A stretch of 64,000 nucleotides of DNA, from assembly GCA_002633005.1 (NCBI GenBank), contig NMRA01000267.1, positions 62,001 through 126,000 of the forward strand, given 5' to 3'. A program made the position numbers and the translations under genes. Under the pieces are notes generated by a model. That model did not search any database and was not told where the DNA came from. It saw nothing but the letters and a program-made list of their open reading frames with translations. This document shows, piece after piece, positions 1-12,400 of the stretch; within the stretch, counting starts at the first letter, position 1; each line of letters starts with the position of its first letter. Origin of the DNA: Phoronis australis (Eukaryota; Animalia; Phoronida).

Positions 1-2963
1 AGCAATCGATTCCTACTTGATCCAACTTCAAATGCTGGTATGCAAGACTGGCCGAGTAGGCAAGAAAGAACAACATTTCTTTCACTACCGCATATTTGGC
101 GATGTTGGATTCATTTTGTGTGTAAATTATTTGTTATATCCTAATGTACTATCCAAATCCAGCTGCACAGCAATGGCACCCTGGTAGTATGATAATGGCA
201 AATAATTTATAAAAAAGGCTCTAAAATCTCACAGCTTTCAGTAACAAGTGAAAAGACTTATTTCACCATGACGCTGATGTATTGGAAAATGACTATTAAT
301 ACAGCACACACACCTTTTCACTTATCAACCATGACTTATTGTGACGTGACAAAGCACTCGTGTGAAAACAATACTCAACTTCCTCAAGTCCATTCACCAG
401 AGGGTGCCCTACCTCATCAAAGATTTCTGAAACACCCTCCACAAACAAAAAGCTGTCAAAACTGTCTGAAACAAGGTTCGAAAAAGAATCCAATTACAGC
501 TCTATTGGGAGCATTTAACATGTTTGCTGCATGCGAAAAATGTTTATAAGATACAAATTTTTCCTCAATGTTTTATCCTTAAAATGAAATTATTGGTGAG
601 AAAAACCTTTTTGAGATCAGTCCTAAAAACTGAAACTCCCATTGCAGTCACACAATCTGCAGGCTGGGCTAAATCCCACTCGGTATTTGGAATTGTATTT
701 CAAGTATATTTAACTAGTTAAGTCACTGACATTGATTTCAGAGAACGTCTGACAGACAACAGTGAGAAATGGCTATTGGTAACAAAATCACAAAAGCAAA
801 ATGAAATTTATTGTTTTATTACTCTGGTCAAAACTAACAACTTCGAAAATTTTACGCAATCAACAATTCCAAAATTGCATTTTCCATCTTAAAAACGATA
901 ATGTTCCTTTGAATGAACAGTTTCAATATTTCAATTTGCTCACTGAACAACAATAGCATCATGAGACTTCTCACAAAGAAGCCAAGCAGCAAACAAAGTA
1001 AAACCTTCCTCTTAAATATGCCATACTTTCAAAGCCCATGGCTGAAAGGAGTACACACATGCAATAAAGATTCTAAAAATGACATGCCACTTTTTCCGAA
1101 AGACTTCTGAAGGGCTCTTTTTGGATGCAGTCACTTTGGCAAAACAAACGGAAATCCTGGACTGGAGTTGTTGGCTGGAATGTGGAGAGTGTGGTATTGG
1201 GTATTGTCTCTGTTACCCATTTCCCTATTGCACAGGTATTGTGTTGTTTTAGAGTTTTGAATGAGCATCCAATAAGTGGACTAGAACTCACGGAATCATT
1301 TCGTAGCAGATGATACAATTAGAACTTCGGCCCACAGTAGGACAGGACTCCTTAAATATCCCAGTTCAAGACTAGGTACAAAAACTAGGTACAATGTAAC
1401 CATTGATGACTGAAACAGCCTGTCCTTGGTGCTGCTTTGTACCCAGAAAAAAGTGAAGTTCGTGTACGTATACATGCCCATTCATAAATCTCAGAGACAA
1501 TTTGCATTTATTTCTGTCAAGACTATATATTCAATTGTGATTTGGATACCAGTTAGGACCAGTTTGTATTTATCTAACATGTGTACTGGGAAGATCCTTC
1601 TTCAGGATTTTGCTCAGCTGATGGACACGAGAATGACCTTATTAATAAGCTGGGAAGAGTTATCTTTTGTTTGTCTATGAAGTCATACAATTAGCTGCCC
1701 AGCCCAATTGAAATATGGCAACATTGGTCAACAAACCATCTTGTTGAATAGGGAAATCTGCAAGATTTTACAGTCACATCCGGAACATCGACCCTCCCAT
1801 TTTGTGAAGGTACAAAAATGAATTGTGACACTGGCCTACTTTTCCAAGATAAGGTTACATACTTAAATTGTAACACGCTGGTATTAGATTAGAATGATGA
1901 AGAATGAACTAAATTTGAAATTTAAGCCAGGGAACAGAGAACAATAGTGAGAGCAGTGTACTCCCAAAGAGCAGCATTAGTTGAAGGAAATTACCGTTAA
2001 AAAAGAGTGGTATTTACCAGTTGGGTACAGTTTCTAAAATTTGAGCCATTGAAATAGAAGCCAAAATTAAATTTTCTTGATTCAGAAGATTGGGACACAG
2101 GCGCTTTTGGTGTTCATCATATTTCTGAAACATCGGACACTTCGTTTTGTATCAAAAGTCTGAAATCAAGCATAGAAGTTCATACAAGATATTGTTGAAA
2201 ATAGACAACAATGCAATGTATCCCCATAAGTGTGTAGCATCGATGCAAGTGATTGTCCGTTTATTGCAAATCGTAATTCCTGAATTTGAGATGGCCAATA
2301 CTGCCTATATCTAGAATTTGATAAAGCCGTGGCCTTGAGCAGCATCTTAATGTTTCACTGTTCCAAACTGGGGAATATTTACCGACGGCTACATTCATTT
2401 GTCAGGGTTTTTTTCTCCATGTTTGAATCCAAACCAAATCAGTTCACAATGAAAAATGCTCCAAACCTCAAAAATATTACTTTTATAGATTTTACGAACT
2501 GTTGCGAACTTGGATAATTTTAAAAGAGTGAAATAGAGAACACCAGCCAGCAACAAAATCTTGAAGCATCGACTAGGTGACTACACTGACAGCTCATAAC
2601 ATGCTATCGTTTGTGGTGATACTTAAATCATAATTAATCTGCAGGGACTTCATAATAAGTCACAAACACGATAATTATCTAGATAATATGTTGAAATGCT
2701 TTCAGATGGTTGCTTAATGTATGACTGAACAGGATCATGAGCGCACTCCATAGATGCAAGAAGTGTGTGAAAAAACTAAATGTGTTCACGTGCTTCGCTT
2801 CAAATGCATGGCGATATTTGAGAAAAATCATGACATTGTATATTCAGAAGGTTATGGCTTTAAGAGAACTGCTCTCCGTGTAAATATTCTGAGTATATGT
2901 TTGAATTATGTATTTATACATGAGTAGGCAAAGCCTACGATGTACAATAAATGATATTATTAA

Positions 2964-4970
2964 AATTAATCAAATGCATAGAGATACTTGAGAAGACTTG
3001 CGTTATCGCGAGTTCCTTGCGTAAACAGAGCATAGCCCGACTCTCACAAAACACCTCTAGTTTATCGATAAGGAGAAATATAAATTGAGCTCTGTCATGC
3101 AGGCTTTCACTAATGCCTTTAACCTAGACTTCGACAAAATTGTCTTTGTAGCCTTAAACAAGAGCCAATATGCGCCCACAACTCCCTAGTTGCTACTTAG
3201 AACACCTACTACTGATCTTAAGACACAGACACAGCCATTAAATATGTCTGGAAAACACAAATATGAATAAGTTTTGACACTGTAAACTGGCAATAACTTA
3301 AGCACAGTGTGCCTGCACCAGACAAAGGTCCCAAGTGCATAGGTGCTCCATACTAACTCCACATGTCATTTGATAGGGATGCCTGCTCATATTTGAATAC
3401 GCACATATTTTAATTATGTAGAGTAGTGGTATTGTATTATTCAACAGATATCCACCTTCTCTCAAATTGACAATGAACTGAGACTAAAGAAGCAGCTTGA
3501 TTAGAACAAGAAAATGAGGGTAATGAAGGTGTTGTTCTAATCTGGTGCAGCATTGAAGTTGACATTGTTATTAATTAAATATCTGGCTATGAGCACTGTA
3601 AAAGATTTTCACAGATGTTTGTCAAAAGCTATTTCACAAAGCCACAATTCGTAACCAAAAGATATCTAGAAGTCAGGATGGCTAATCATCAAAATGTTAA
3701 TTTTAATGCAAATTAACACTTCATAAAAAATGCATTATTGACAACGCCATACTACATATGCATTAAAGCAAAATGTATAATTTATCAAATTTATATTCAA
3801 AGATGAACAACATTGTCAAGGGTTTATGTAAGCAGGGTATGAATAAAAAACTGCTGGGCAAAAATCTGCCCATTTACCAGCAAAAAATTGGTGAGATTTT
3901 GAGCATCTTAGTTTATTCATACACAGGTTGAATAACATCAGAAACAATTNGGCGCATAATTAATCAAATGCATAGAGATACTTGAGAAGACTTGCGTTAT
4001 CGAGAGTTCCTTGCGTAAACAGAGCATAGCCCGGCTCTCACAAAACACCTCTAGTTTATCAATAAGGAGGAGAAATATAAATTGAGCTCTGTCATGCAGG
4101 CTTTCACTAATGCCTTTGACCTAGACTTCGACAAAATTGTCTTTGTAGCCTTAAACAAGAGCCAATATGCGCCCACAACTCCCTAGTTGCTACTTACAAC
4201 ACCTACTACTGATCTTAAGACACAGACACATCCATTAAATATGTCTGGAAAACACAAATATGAATAAGTTTTGACACTGTAAACTGGCAATAACTTAAGC
4301 ACAGTGTGCCTGCACCAGACAAAGGTCCCAAGTGCATAGGTGCTCCACACTAACTCCACATGTCATTTGATGGGGATGCCTGCTCATATTTGAATACGCA
4401 CATATTTTAATTCTGTAGAGTAGTGGTATTGTATTATTCAACAGATGTCCACCTTCTCTCAAATTGACAATGAACTGAGACTAAAGAAGCAGCTTGATTA
4501 GAACAAGAAAATGAGGGTAATGAAAGTGTTGTTCTAATCTGGTGCAGCGTTGAAGCTGACATTGTTATTAATTAAATATCTGGCTATGAGCACTGTAGAA
4601 GATTTTCACAGATGTTTGTCAAAATCTATAAAATTCATTGATTTCAAAGCTATTTCACAAAGCCACAATTCGTGACCAAAACATATCTAGAAGTCAGGAT
4701 GGCTAATCATCAAAATGTTAATTTTAATGCAAATTAACACTTCATAAAAAATGCATTATTGACAACGCCATACTACATATGCATTAAAGCAAAATGTATA
4801 ATTTATCAAATTTATATTCAAAGATGAACAACATTGTCAAGGGTTTATGTAAGCAGGGTATGAATTAAAAACTGCTGGGCAAAAATCTGTCCATTTACCA
4901 GCAAAAAATTGGTGAGATTTTGAGCATCTTAGTTCATTCATACACAGGTTGAATAACATCAGAATCAATT
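2964..4970. repeat. Near-identical direct duplication (2964-3949 vs 3958-4970) around a single N; probable uncollapsed haplotypes
   Basis: Copies differ by scattered SNPs and small indels; N at 3950. Confidence 0.85.
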
Positions 4971-5616
4971 AAATCTTAAATTCACTGAAAACAATATTCC
5001 TGTCAGTATGGTTCTATAAGAGTAACTACTAAAAGATAATTCAAATCTTACACATACTTTCAACAACAAAAAATGCTAAGAATTTTTAAACTGAAAGTGT
5101 GGATAGTTGATATAAGGTTGTTTTTCTTTTCTCCACTGGATAAGGGGCATCAAACTGGTTCTCGAAATCGGGATCCCCAGTGTACACCTGGGACTATTGT
5201 CAAATGTAGGTAATAGGTAACAGCAGAGAAACAGAGCCGTCATTCATTGAAAAAGTGCTCAGACCTGAATGGCTGAAATCTATAACAACTACAACATTAT
5301 CTGTACTAAGTTACCCACCAATCTAATGAATTAAATGAAATTCATTGGACTGAGAGCAAAAAGGTTAATAGGTCCCTGATTAGAGAACCAGTAACTCCCA
5401 TTGAATAACACCCATTAGTCAGTGAGAGTAACTGGTTTTCAAATCAATTTTAAACCAGGGACCCACCAATCCGACTATTACTGCAGAAAAAATTAATGAT
5501 GTGAAAAGAAAAAAAAACAACCTGTTGAGAGACAGAGTATGCTGTTCGTCCTTTCTAAAAGTACAATACATTTTTAAGACACTCACTTCAGTTGTCAGAC
5601 AAAACACACTACTTAC

Positions 5617-5812
5617 TAATTGTCTTGTTGAATTCTTTTTCGTCACTACTTCGCACCAAATCGAGGAAGAAGTTGGTCATCGTATAAACAGGCTTCAATC
5701 CCCTATCAATAGCTGTTCGTTCCGACTCGGTCCCGTTTTCGCCTGTCACGATATCCGCCATCATCAAAGCCAAAGGCACCAAGGCCAATAAAAGAAAGCT
5801 CAGTGTCTTCAT
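5617..5812 (-). CDS. First coding exon of a secreted/membrane protein gene; weak resemblance to the prominin (CD133) N-terminus; downstream exons unresolved
   Basis: ATG at 5812 shortly after a ttttccacag acceptor; MKTLSFLLLALVPLALMMADIV is signal-peptide-like; RGLKPVYTMTNFFLDLVR recalls the prominin N-terminal helix; ends at A|GTAAGT donor (phase 1); upstream 5'UTR donor GTGAGT at 5952-5957. The prominin assignment is from memory only. Confidence 0.5.
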
Positions 5813-5957
5813 ACTGAACAATAACTGTGGAAAAGAATGAATCTGGTTACTTCGGAACTGCCTATACTAATTACCTAGAAACAACTAGAACAAAATACAC
5901 TTATTACGACCCCAATCTCACGATCTGCACTCTTATCTAAAGCGTTTCTGAACTCAC

Positions 5958-6417
5958 TTAGTTGACTGAGCGGAGTGACACCAGTGGTGTGAACTTTGAA
6001 CTATTGACTTCACAACCGCGCCCTCTGATTTCATGATGAAGATAATTTACTTTTTGTTTGAAAATAACAACTTATGTGTAATTTGTTCATCAAGAACGCT
6101 ATAAATCACCATTTACATAATTTTTTTGGATTTTATAATTGATAACGCAAAAAATACTAAACGTACCCGAAAACTCGCACGGGCGAGTTTGCCTAGTGTG
6201 ACGTCAGAGGGTATTTTCCCGTATATTTTCATTGATGACTCACCAACAAATGAACTGCACAGTGAGTAGTTAATCGGCGCTACACTCGTAACTGTTGTGT
6301 ACTATAAGATCGGAGACAACCCAAGATCTCGCCTAGGCCAGAAAGGTGGCGTTTTTGTGCGAGTTTGCCTGCTTTATACGCGGTTACAGAAACGCCGAGA
6401 GGGGAAAAAATTCCAAG
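5958..6417. promoter_or_regulatory. Bidirectional promoter between the minus-strand gene and MAP2K4
   Basis: About 460 bp between divergent first exons; CpG-enriched relative to flanks; CRE TGACGTCA 6199-6206; AP-1 TGACTCA 6236-6242; YY1-like CAAGATGGCG over the MAP2K4 ATG. Confidence 0.55.
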
Positions 6418-6448
6418 ATGGCGACAAACGATGGGTCGCCCGATCAAG
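6418..6448 (+). CDS. MAP2K4: MAP2K4 exon 1 ([10 protein letters not shown])
   Basis: caagATGG context; AAG|GTAAAT donor; phase 1 joins exon 2 in frame. Confidence 0.8.
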
Positions 6449-9400
6449 GTAAATTGACGTTTGTTTTCTACTTGTTTGTCACCCGTGTGTTCAAAACTGG
6501 TGGGGTCGGGATGACTCATACCTGACACATATACACTGACTCAGAACTTCTGTCTCACCATTCAACTGATGGTGTTGTTAGTCACTGTTGTAGAATTGTT
6601 TGAGCTTCTGCAATGAACACTTCAAACAGCAAGCCAACAACAAGGAAGTGTCAAAACTCCTCAAACGAGGGGAATCCCAACTTGATGCTTTGATGTTTTA
6701 GGATGCCAATAAAATGCTCCGTGCTATACTTTTAATGACAATGATTATGCATGATGTGGTTAAGCGTTAGACTGGAAAAATGCCAAGTTTTGTAAAATTT
6801 AAAAAGCAGTATTATTCCAAACTTAAAGTGAAAAACACTACTAAGTCAAAGTGAATTTGCCATTTGGTCTAATTTTTCTGTACAGCGCTGTGTGAATACC
6901 AGTAAATATTTCCATCTATTTAGCAACCTTTTGATTTTACTACAAATTTGTTTGTGTGTAACATGATTTTGATTACAATTACAAGATAGACTGTCAATCT
7001 TGGATTTTCTCTTCTTTACACTTCACACTCAAAGTCGAGTATTCCAACGTGGTTCTCATTCGTTGCCTAAATTCATTCACTCACTAGTAAGATCGACCTC
7101 AGAGGGGTAGGTGATACTTTTGTGCAATGCTCGAGTGTCTTCTACTAAAGCTAGATTAGAACCTGGTTTCCCAAACAGGAGTGCGGAGCGCAAACCACTG
7201 AGCTACACTGTCTCCTCCTGTTTGTTGCTTTATTAAGATTCACATGTATGTCATGTTGTAGCCATAAAGGTTTTCAATTAATTCTATTTCAATAGTTTCC
7301 ATGGGTGCACCTTGAAGGATGAGGAGTATGTATGGATGTTACGTCTCATGTTCAAAATTTGGTTATCAATATAATCCAGTTTTTACTTACCAGTTCCTCC
7401 ATATTGTTACCGTGTTCATACTATAGTATATCTAAGCCATTTATGTATATTTACTCACTTGAAAAGGATATACTTTCAGCTGCAGGTTGTACTGTTATAA
7501 AGGTAAAAAGTCACCATCAAACTGAGATGAAATGTTTGTGATGAGTGTCTTATTCAGATTACAGAAAACATTGTATTTAACGTCTCTAAAAATTATAGAA
7601 CATAATGACATGTTTGTGTATAGCTATCCAAGACTTTATGTTTTCAAGACTGGTGACATCAGTTAGATTCTGTCTGTGTTATCCAGGCAACAAACTTTAG
7701 TAAGACTAATGCACACTCTTCCCAGACATAAACAGTAACTATTAGCAGCTGAAACGGTAACAAAAATTCTCTAAAGGCATTCTTTAAAATGTTAAGTTCT
7801 GTGAAAGTTTTAAGGTCTTGTGTTTAACGGAATTTATTCACCACTTCACAAGTTTTCTTCAGCTTTTGTCCCCATTAAGCTGAAATTATATTAGTCTTGG
7901 CTTTTGAAATTTTCTGTTATGTGATTCATAAAGGTTTTTGGTATTCTTAAATGAGAGAGATACATTCATTGCAATTGTGATCTAGAACAGCCTTTGAACT
8001 ACTGTTCTGGTAAAATAAAGTGATCGGTGTATCGGTAGAAGAGGAGCAAAGAGAAATTAGTGACTGGTTGTCCAATTATTCTTTCAGACCTAAATTGATA
8101 CAATGGAGTGGTTGTGAAACCTGATTTATAAAAGTAATAAGTCCGTTATTGCATGTACTAGAAAAAAAATGAAGATTCGTTCGACAATTTTGCTTGTATG
8201 ATTTCGTGACATGGAGTGTGGAATTTCTCAAGGACCTAGTCTAATATCGGACAAAGATTGGGAAAATTGTTCATTTTTACTTTCTGAAGGGAAAATTGTT
8301 CATTATTACTTTCTGAACTGTCGAACACAAGGACATTCAAAACATTTAGTGAACTGCATGTCAGTTAACTACAGTGCCTGTTGGACCACATTATGATACC
8401 TGATTTGTTTTATGTATTCGTACAAAACATAATGTCGGTGACCTTCATATTTCAGTGACGAGGAGAGGAAGATTGAGGCTAGATTTCAACGGTCGCAATA
8501 CCGCTGGGCCATTGGGCCATGTGCCACAGTCATTGCCAACTCAACGCACACAGTCTCACATGGCCTCTATTGGATATCCAACAATTGGGTAAGTTAAACT
8601 ACTACAATTTTTATAACCACTAAATCATTTGTGAGGAGATGTGAACCTTGTGAACGTTGTATCAAAATTCACTAGATGATGCCAATGATGCTAGGTTTCT
8701 GCTCATGGAAATGCATGCCTTCAAGACACGTCAGAATCTTGTCACACAAAGGTCCTCATTCTATCCTCAAAGTATTAGGGTAGATGATACAATGAGGAGA
8801 CTTACTTTATTAGTGTAAACTAGTGAATATCTTTTTCCTCCATTAGAAGTACTTCGGTTATGACCAAGTACACGTAGAAATTTACTAAAATAGGTAACAT
8901 ACAGGGTCCAAATTAACGCTTCAAGTTTAACAGCGAAACATGTGGTTTTGCTAATTCGCTTGGAAGGTAAACTGTACTTAAAATTTATCGTGTGTTAAAC
9001 CTGTAAAACACTTTTAACTCCTTGGTTTGCTTCAAGTTTAAAAGTTAGAAGGTCAAATCTACTTGTGAGTAGTAACATGACATACATTTTTTGCAATTTC
9101 TACCCACCTACTCTGCTACTCCACACAACAAAATCTTAACAGCAAAACGCCTTTTATTTCCATCTGAATGTTACACAGATATTGTTTCTAGGGTACCACT
9201 GACTTGAGCAATGTTCTCTCTTTGTTTTACATGCTTTAGTTATGTGTCATATTAGCAGGTGGCCTGAACAACACGCTCCAGGTTTTTGCTCTTCACCAGG
9301 CATTTTCCTTGAAGGTCAAATTTTATTAACTGTTTCATCTGCAAAATATTGTTGTTATTGTATAGATACAACTGACTATATTGTGGACATCTTCAGTATA

Positions 9401-12400
9401 TTTAATGCTGAACTATTCATTATGAGTTATTCGTATTTTTCTCCCCTGTTGTTCACAATCCAGCATTTCATATCTGGGAATGTTAACACATTTTAAGTAT
9501 AGCATTGAAAGAGAAATTGTCACTGGGTAATTCTTCACAACTTGCCTTAGATGGCTAACTAACCACACCACAAGGCAGCCTAGATGACAACAGAACATAT
9601 GGTCCAATGTTGTGGTTTGAGTTCGCAGAACTGGCACTGATCTAGTTCCCAGAATTCAGAGTAAATTAGTATATCACCGTGGTGACCACTAGTAGCCAGC
9701 TTAGTCATGAGCAAAGCTGACATCCATTCATGACTAATTGTTCTTCATTGATTGGCCCTTGTGAAGACCAACTGAATGGATATAAACTTACATGTTACTG
9801 TTATTCAGCATTTAATTAATCCTTTACCTTGTGAAAGGTGTGTAGTCAATTGGGAGAATTGTGTGTCACAAAATTGTTAACCTTATGCCGCAGGAAGACT
9901 TGAACCAACTAGGATACATAGCATTTTTGTTTTAGTCAAATTCTGACTTGGGTTTGTAAGGAAATTCATATTCCATTAATACATTTTACACAAAGATTCC
10001 TATTGGAGTAGTTGGTTGTGCCCTGTTCCTCTCGTTAAATTTGATTATCTAAACTTGTTGACCTAGGAGCGTCACTTATTGATTTTTGTCACAGTCTCAC
10101 TGCTGTACGTTTGTCCCTTGTTTAGGACTGCCTTAACTTAATTCTGTTCATTTGTAGCGAACGGCTACGCTCTCAGAGTCTAGAACAATCCGGAAAATTA
10201 CAGATCTCTCCAGAGCTCGTAAGTTTCCCAACTTTGTGTCACGTCATTTTGTTTGTTTATATATAAAAATTGCAAAGTTTGCTTGAATTAGTAATTCGGG
10301 TAATTTCCTAGTAGTGGGCTTGTTGGATGCTTTATGAAATTTTTGGACCAATGGGTTATAGGTGGACTTATGTGAGTGTTTATTGGACACCTGTTCTTTG
10401 CGTATCAGTTGCTGTTTAGATGTATTCCAAGTATAACCATTGTGGTATCTTTTAAGTTCCAAAGTTTGCATGCCTTTTGTATTCAATTGTACTGATATAG
10501 GTCATCGTAGGACACATTTTGACTCGGAAAAGTAGAATGTATGCCATTTCTTGCCCCAAAAGCATTGCAACAGTTTTTAATATCTACATTTTGTTACCAA
10601 CTGATAATGATACCTTATGTCTTTACTCATGGTATGATAAAAACAGAAATTTGTCATGTACTGTACATTGTTTGACAAATTTGAAGAGAATCTCCTTGAC
10701 CTCTGCATCACCATCTTCAAAGTTTTGAAAATCTGTTTACTTGTAAATGATACATTTACCGTGGCAATATATATTTTCATGATGAGATATTTGTAATGCA
10801 TTACCATTGGTCAAAAATTGGGTTTATTGTTGTGCTGAAATTATGGATACAAATCTTGCAGGTATTTGACTTCACAGCTGATGATCTGAAAGACTTGGGT
10901 CAGATCGGGCGGGGTAATTTTGGCACGGTTAACAAAATGTGCCACGAGCTAAGTAACACCGCCATGGCTGTTAAAGTAAGTGATAATTATTGTTTTATCA
11001 CCAGGGTCTTGTTTCGTTGTTCCTAGCCTTTGTTGATTGGCTCAACATTGACATCACCGTTCACTTGACACGTGATGGTGGTGTGATGTCGTTGTTGATA
11101 ATCAAGCGTATAACTTTCATGTTCAACGGATCACTGAATGTGTTTAAATTGCTGTGCTGTGTTTTATACTGGCAATAATCAACTGTCATTTGTAAAGTAA
11201 ACAAGGTTTAGTGTGTCATTCTGTTGTCGTGCAAAACATAAAGATACATTGCTTGTTACTACTGATTTTCAAACTCAATGGGAATGACTTTAGAAATATG
11301 TATTTTTAATCTATGTATTATTTTTAATATTGATAATGAAGTAATAAAAATAATAAAGTGATGTTATTAATAATCGAAAAGATGGCTTACAGACAAAAGT
11401 GTAGTCAGTAACATTTGTTAACAGTCAGAATAAGACATGCATTTGTGGCCACTACTGTTGGGGTCATGTTCCTTTGTTCATTGCAGAAAACCTAACGTGA
11501 AGGTTGTTTGCATTTTATCTGTTAACCTATTTTGGGGCTTACTTTCATCAGGGCTTGGAATTTTCCGCGGAAACGCGGATTTCCGCTTTTTTGAAATGTG
11601 CTTTCCGCTTTTTTTATAATATTTCCGCGTAAAAAAATCGGATTTGATATGAAATTTCCGCGGCAAATTCCTTTCTTACCGCGGCGTTGCAGACGACGTT
11701 CACCTCGGAAAGCGGAAGTCTTTATATTTCGGAGGAACGTAAATTGTCAACATTGCCGGGGCATCTGGGTAAAGCGTGGTCTGATTTTCAATGGCGGCTC
11801 GTGTTATTGTTAAGCGCGGCGACAAATACTACCGCCCTGCAGCCAAATTTGTGTGGGTTGGGAGTGGACGGTCGAGCGAAAAGGACGCAGACGCATGCTA
11901 CTGATGGTGGTAACGTTTTTTTTTTAGTCTTCCCGATTTTTNCATTTGTAAAGTAAACAAGGTTTAGTGTGTCATTCTGTTGTCGTGCAAAACATAAAGA
12001 TACATTGCTTGTTACTACTGATTTTCAAACTCAAGCGTGATCAATGGCTTTGCAAATGGGAATGATTTTAGAGATATGTATTTTTAATCTATGTATTATT
12101 TTTAATATTGATAATGAAGTAATAAAAATAATAAAGTGATGTCATTAATAATCGAAAAGATGGCTTACAGACAAAAATCTAGTCAGTAACATTTGTTAAC
12201 AGTCAGAATATGCATTTGTGGCCACTACTGTTAGGGCCATGTTTCTTTGTTCATTGCAGAAAAGCTAACGTGAAGGTTGTTTGCATTTTATCTATTAACC
12301 TATTCGATGCATTTTGAGTTTTACTTTCACTATTTTGTATCCATGATGGCTGGTGTGTGGTACTCGTACCAAAAAGAATGTACAGTGGACTCGTGCTTTA

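Noticed and set aside
268-2517. Numerous 60-95 aa ORFs on both strands
   Set aside because: No recognisable motifs or consistent splice chain; probably intronic sequence of the minus-strand gene.
7150-7214. Functional tRNA gene
   Set aside because: Degenerate B box and no complete cloverleaf; treated as a SINE head.
10779-10838. ATGATGA...CTGA resembling a C/D snoRNA
   Set aside because: Short, weak terminal stem, overlaps the branch region of exon 4, and no evident guide sequence.
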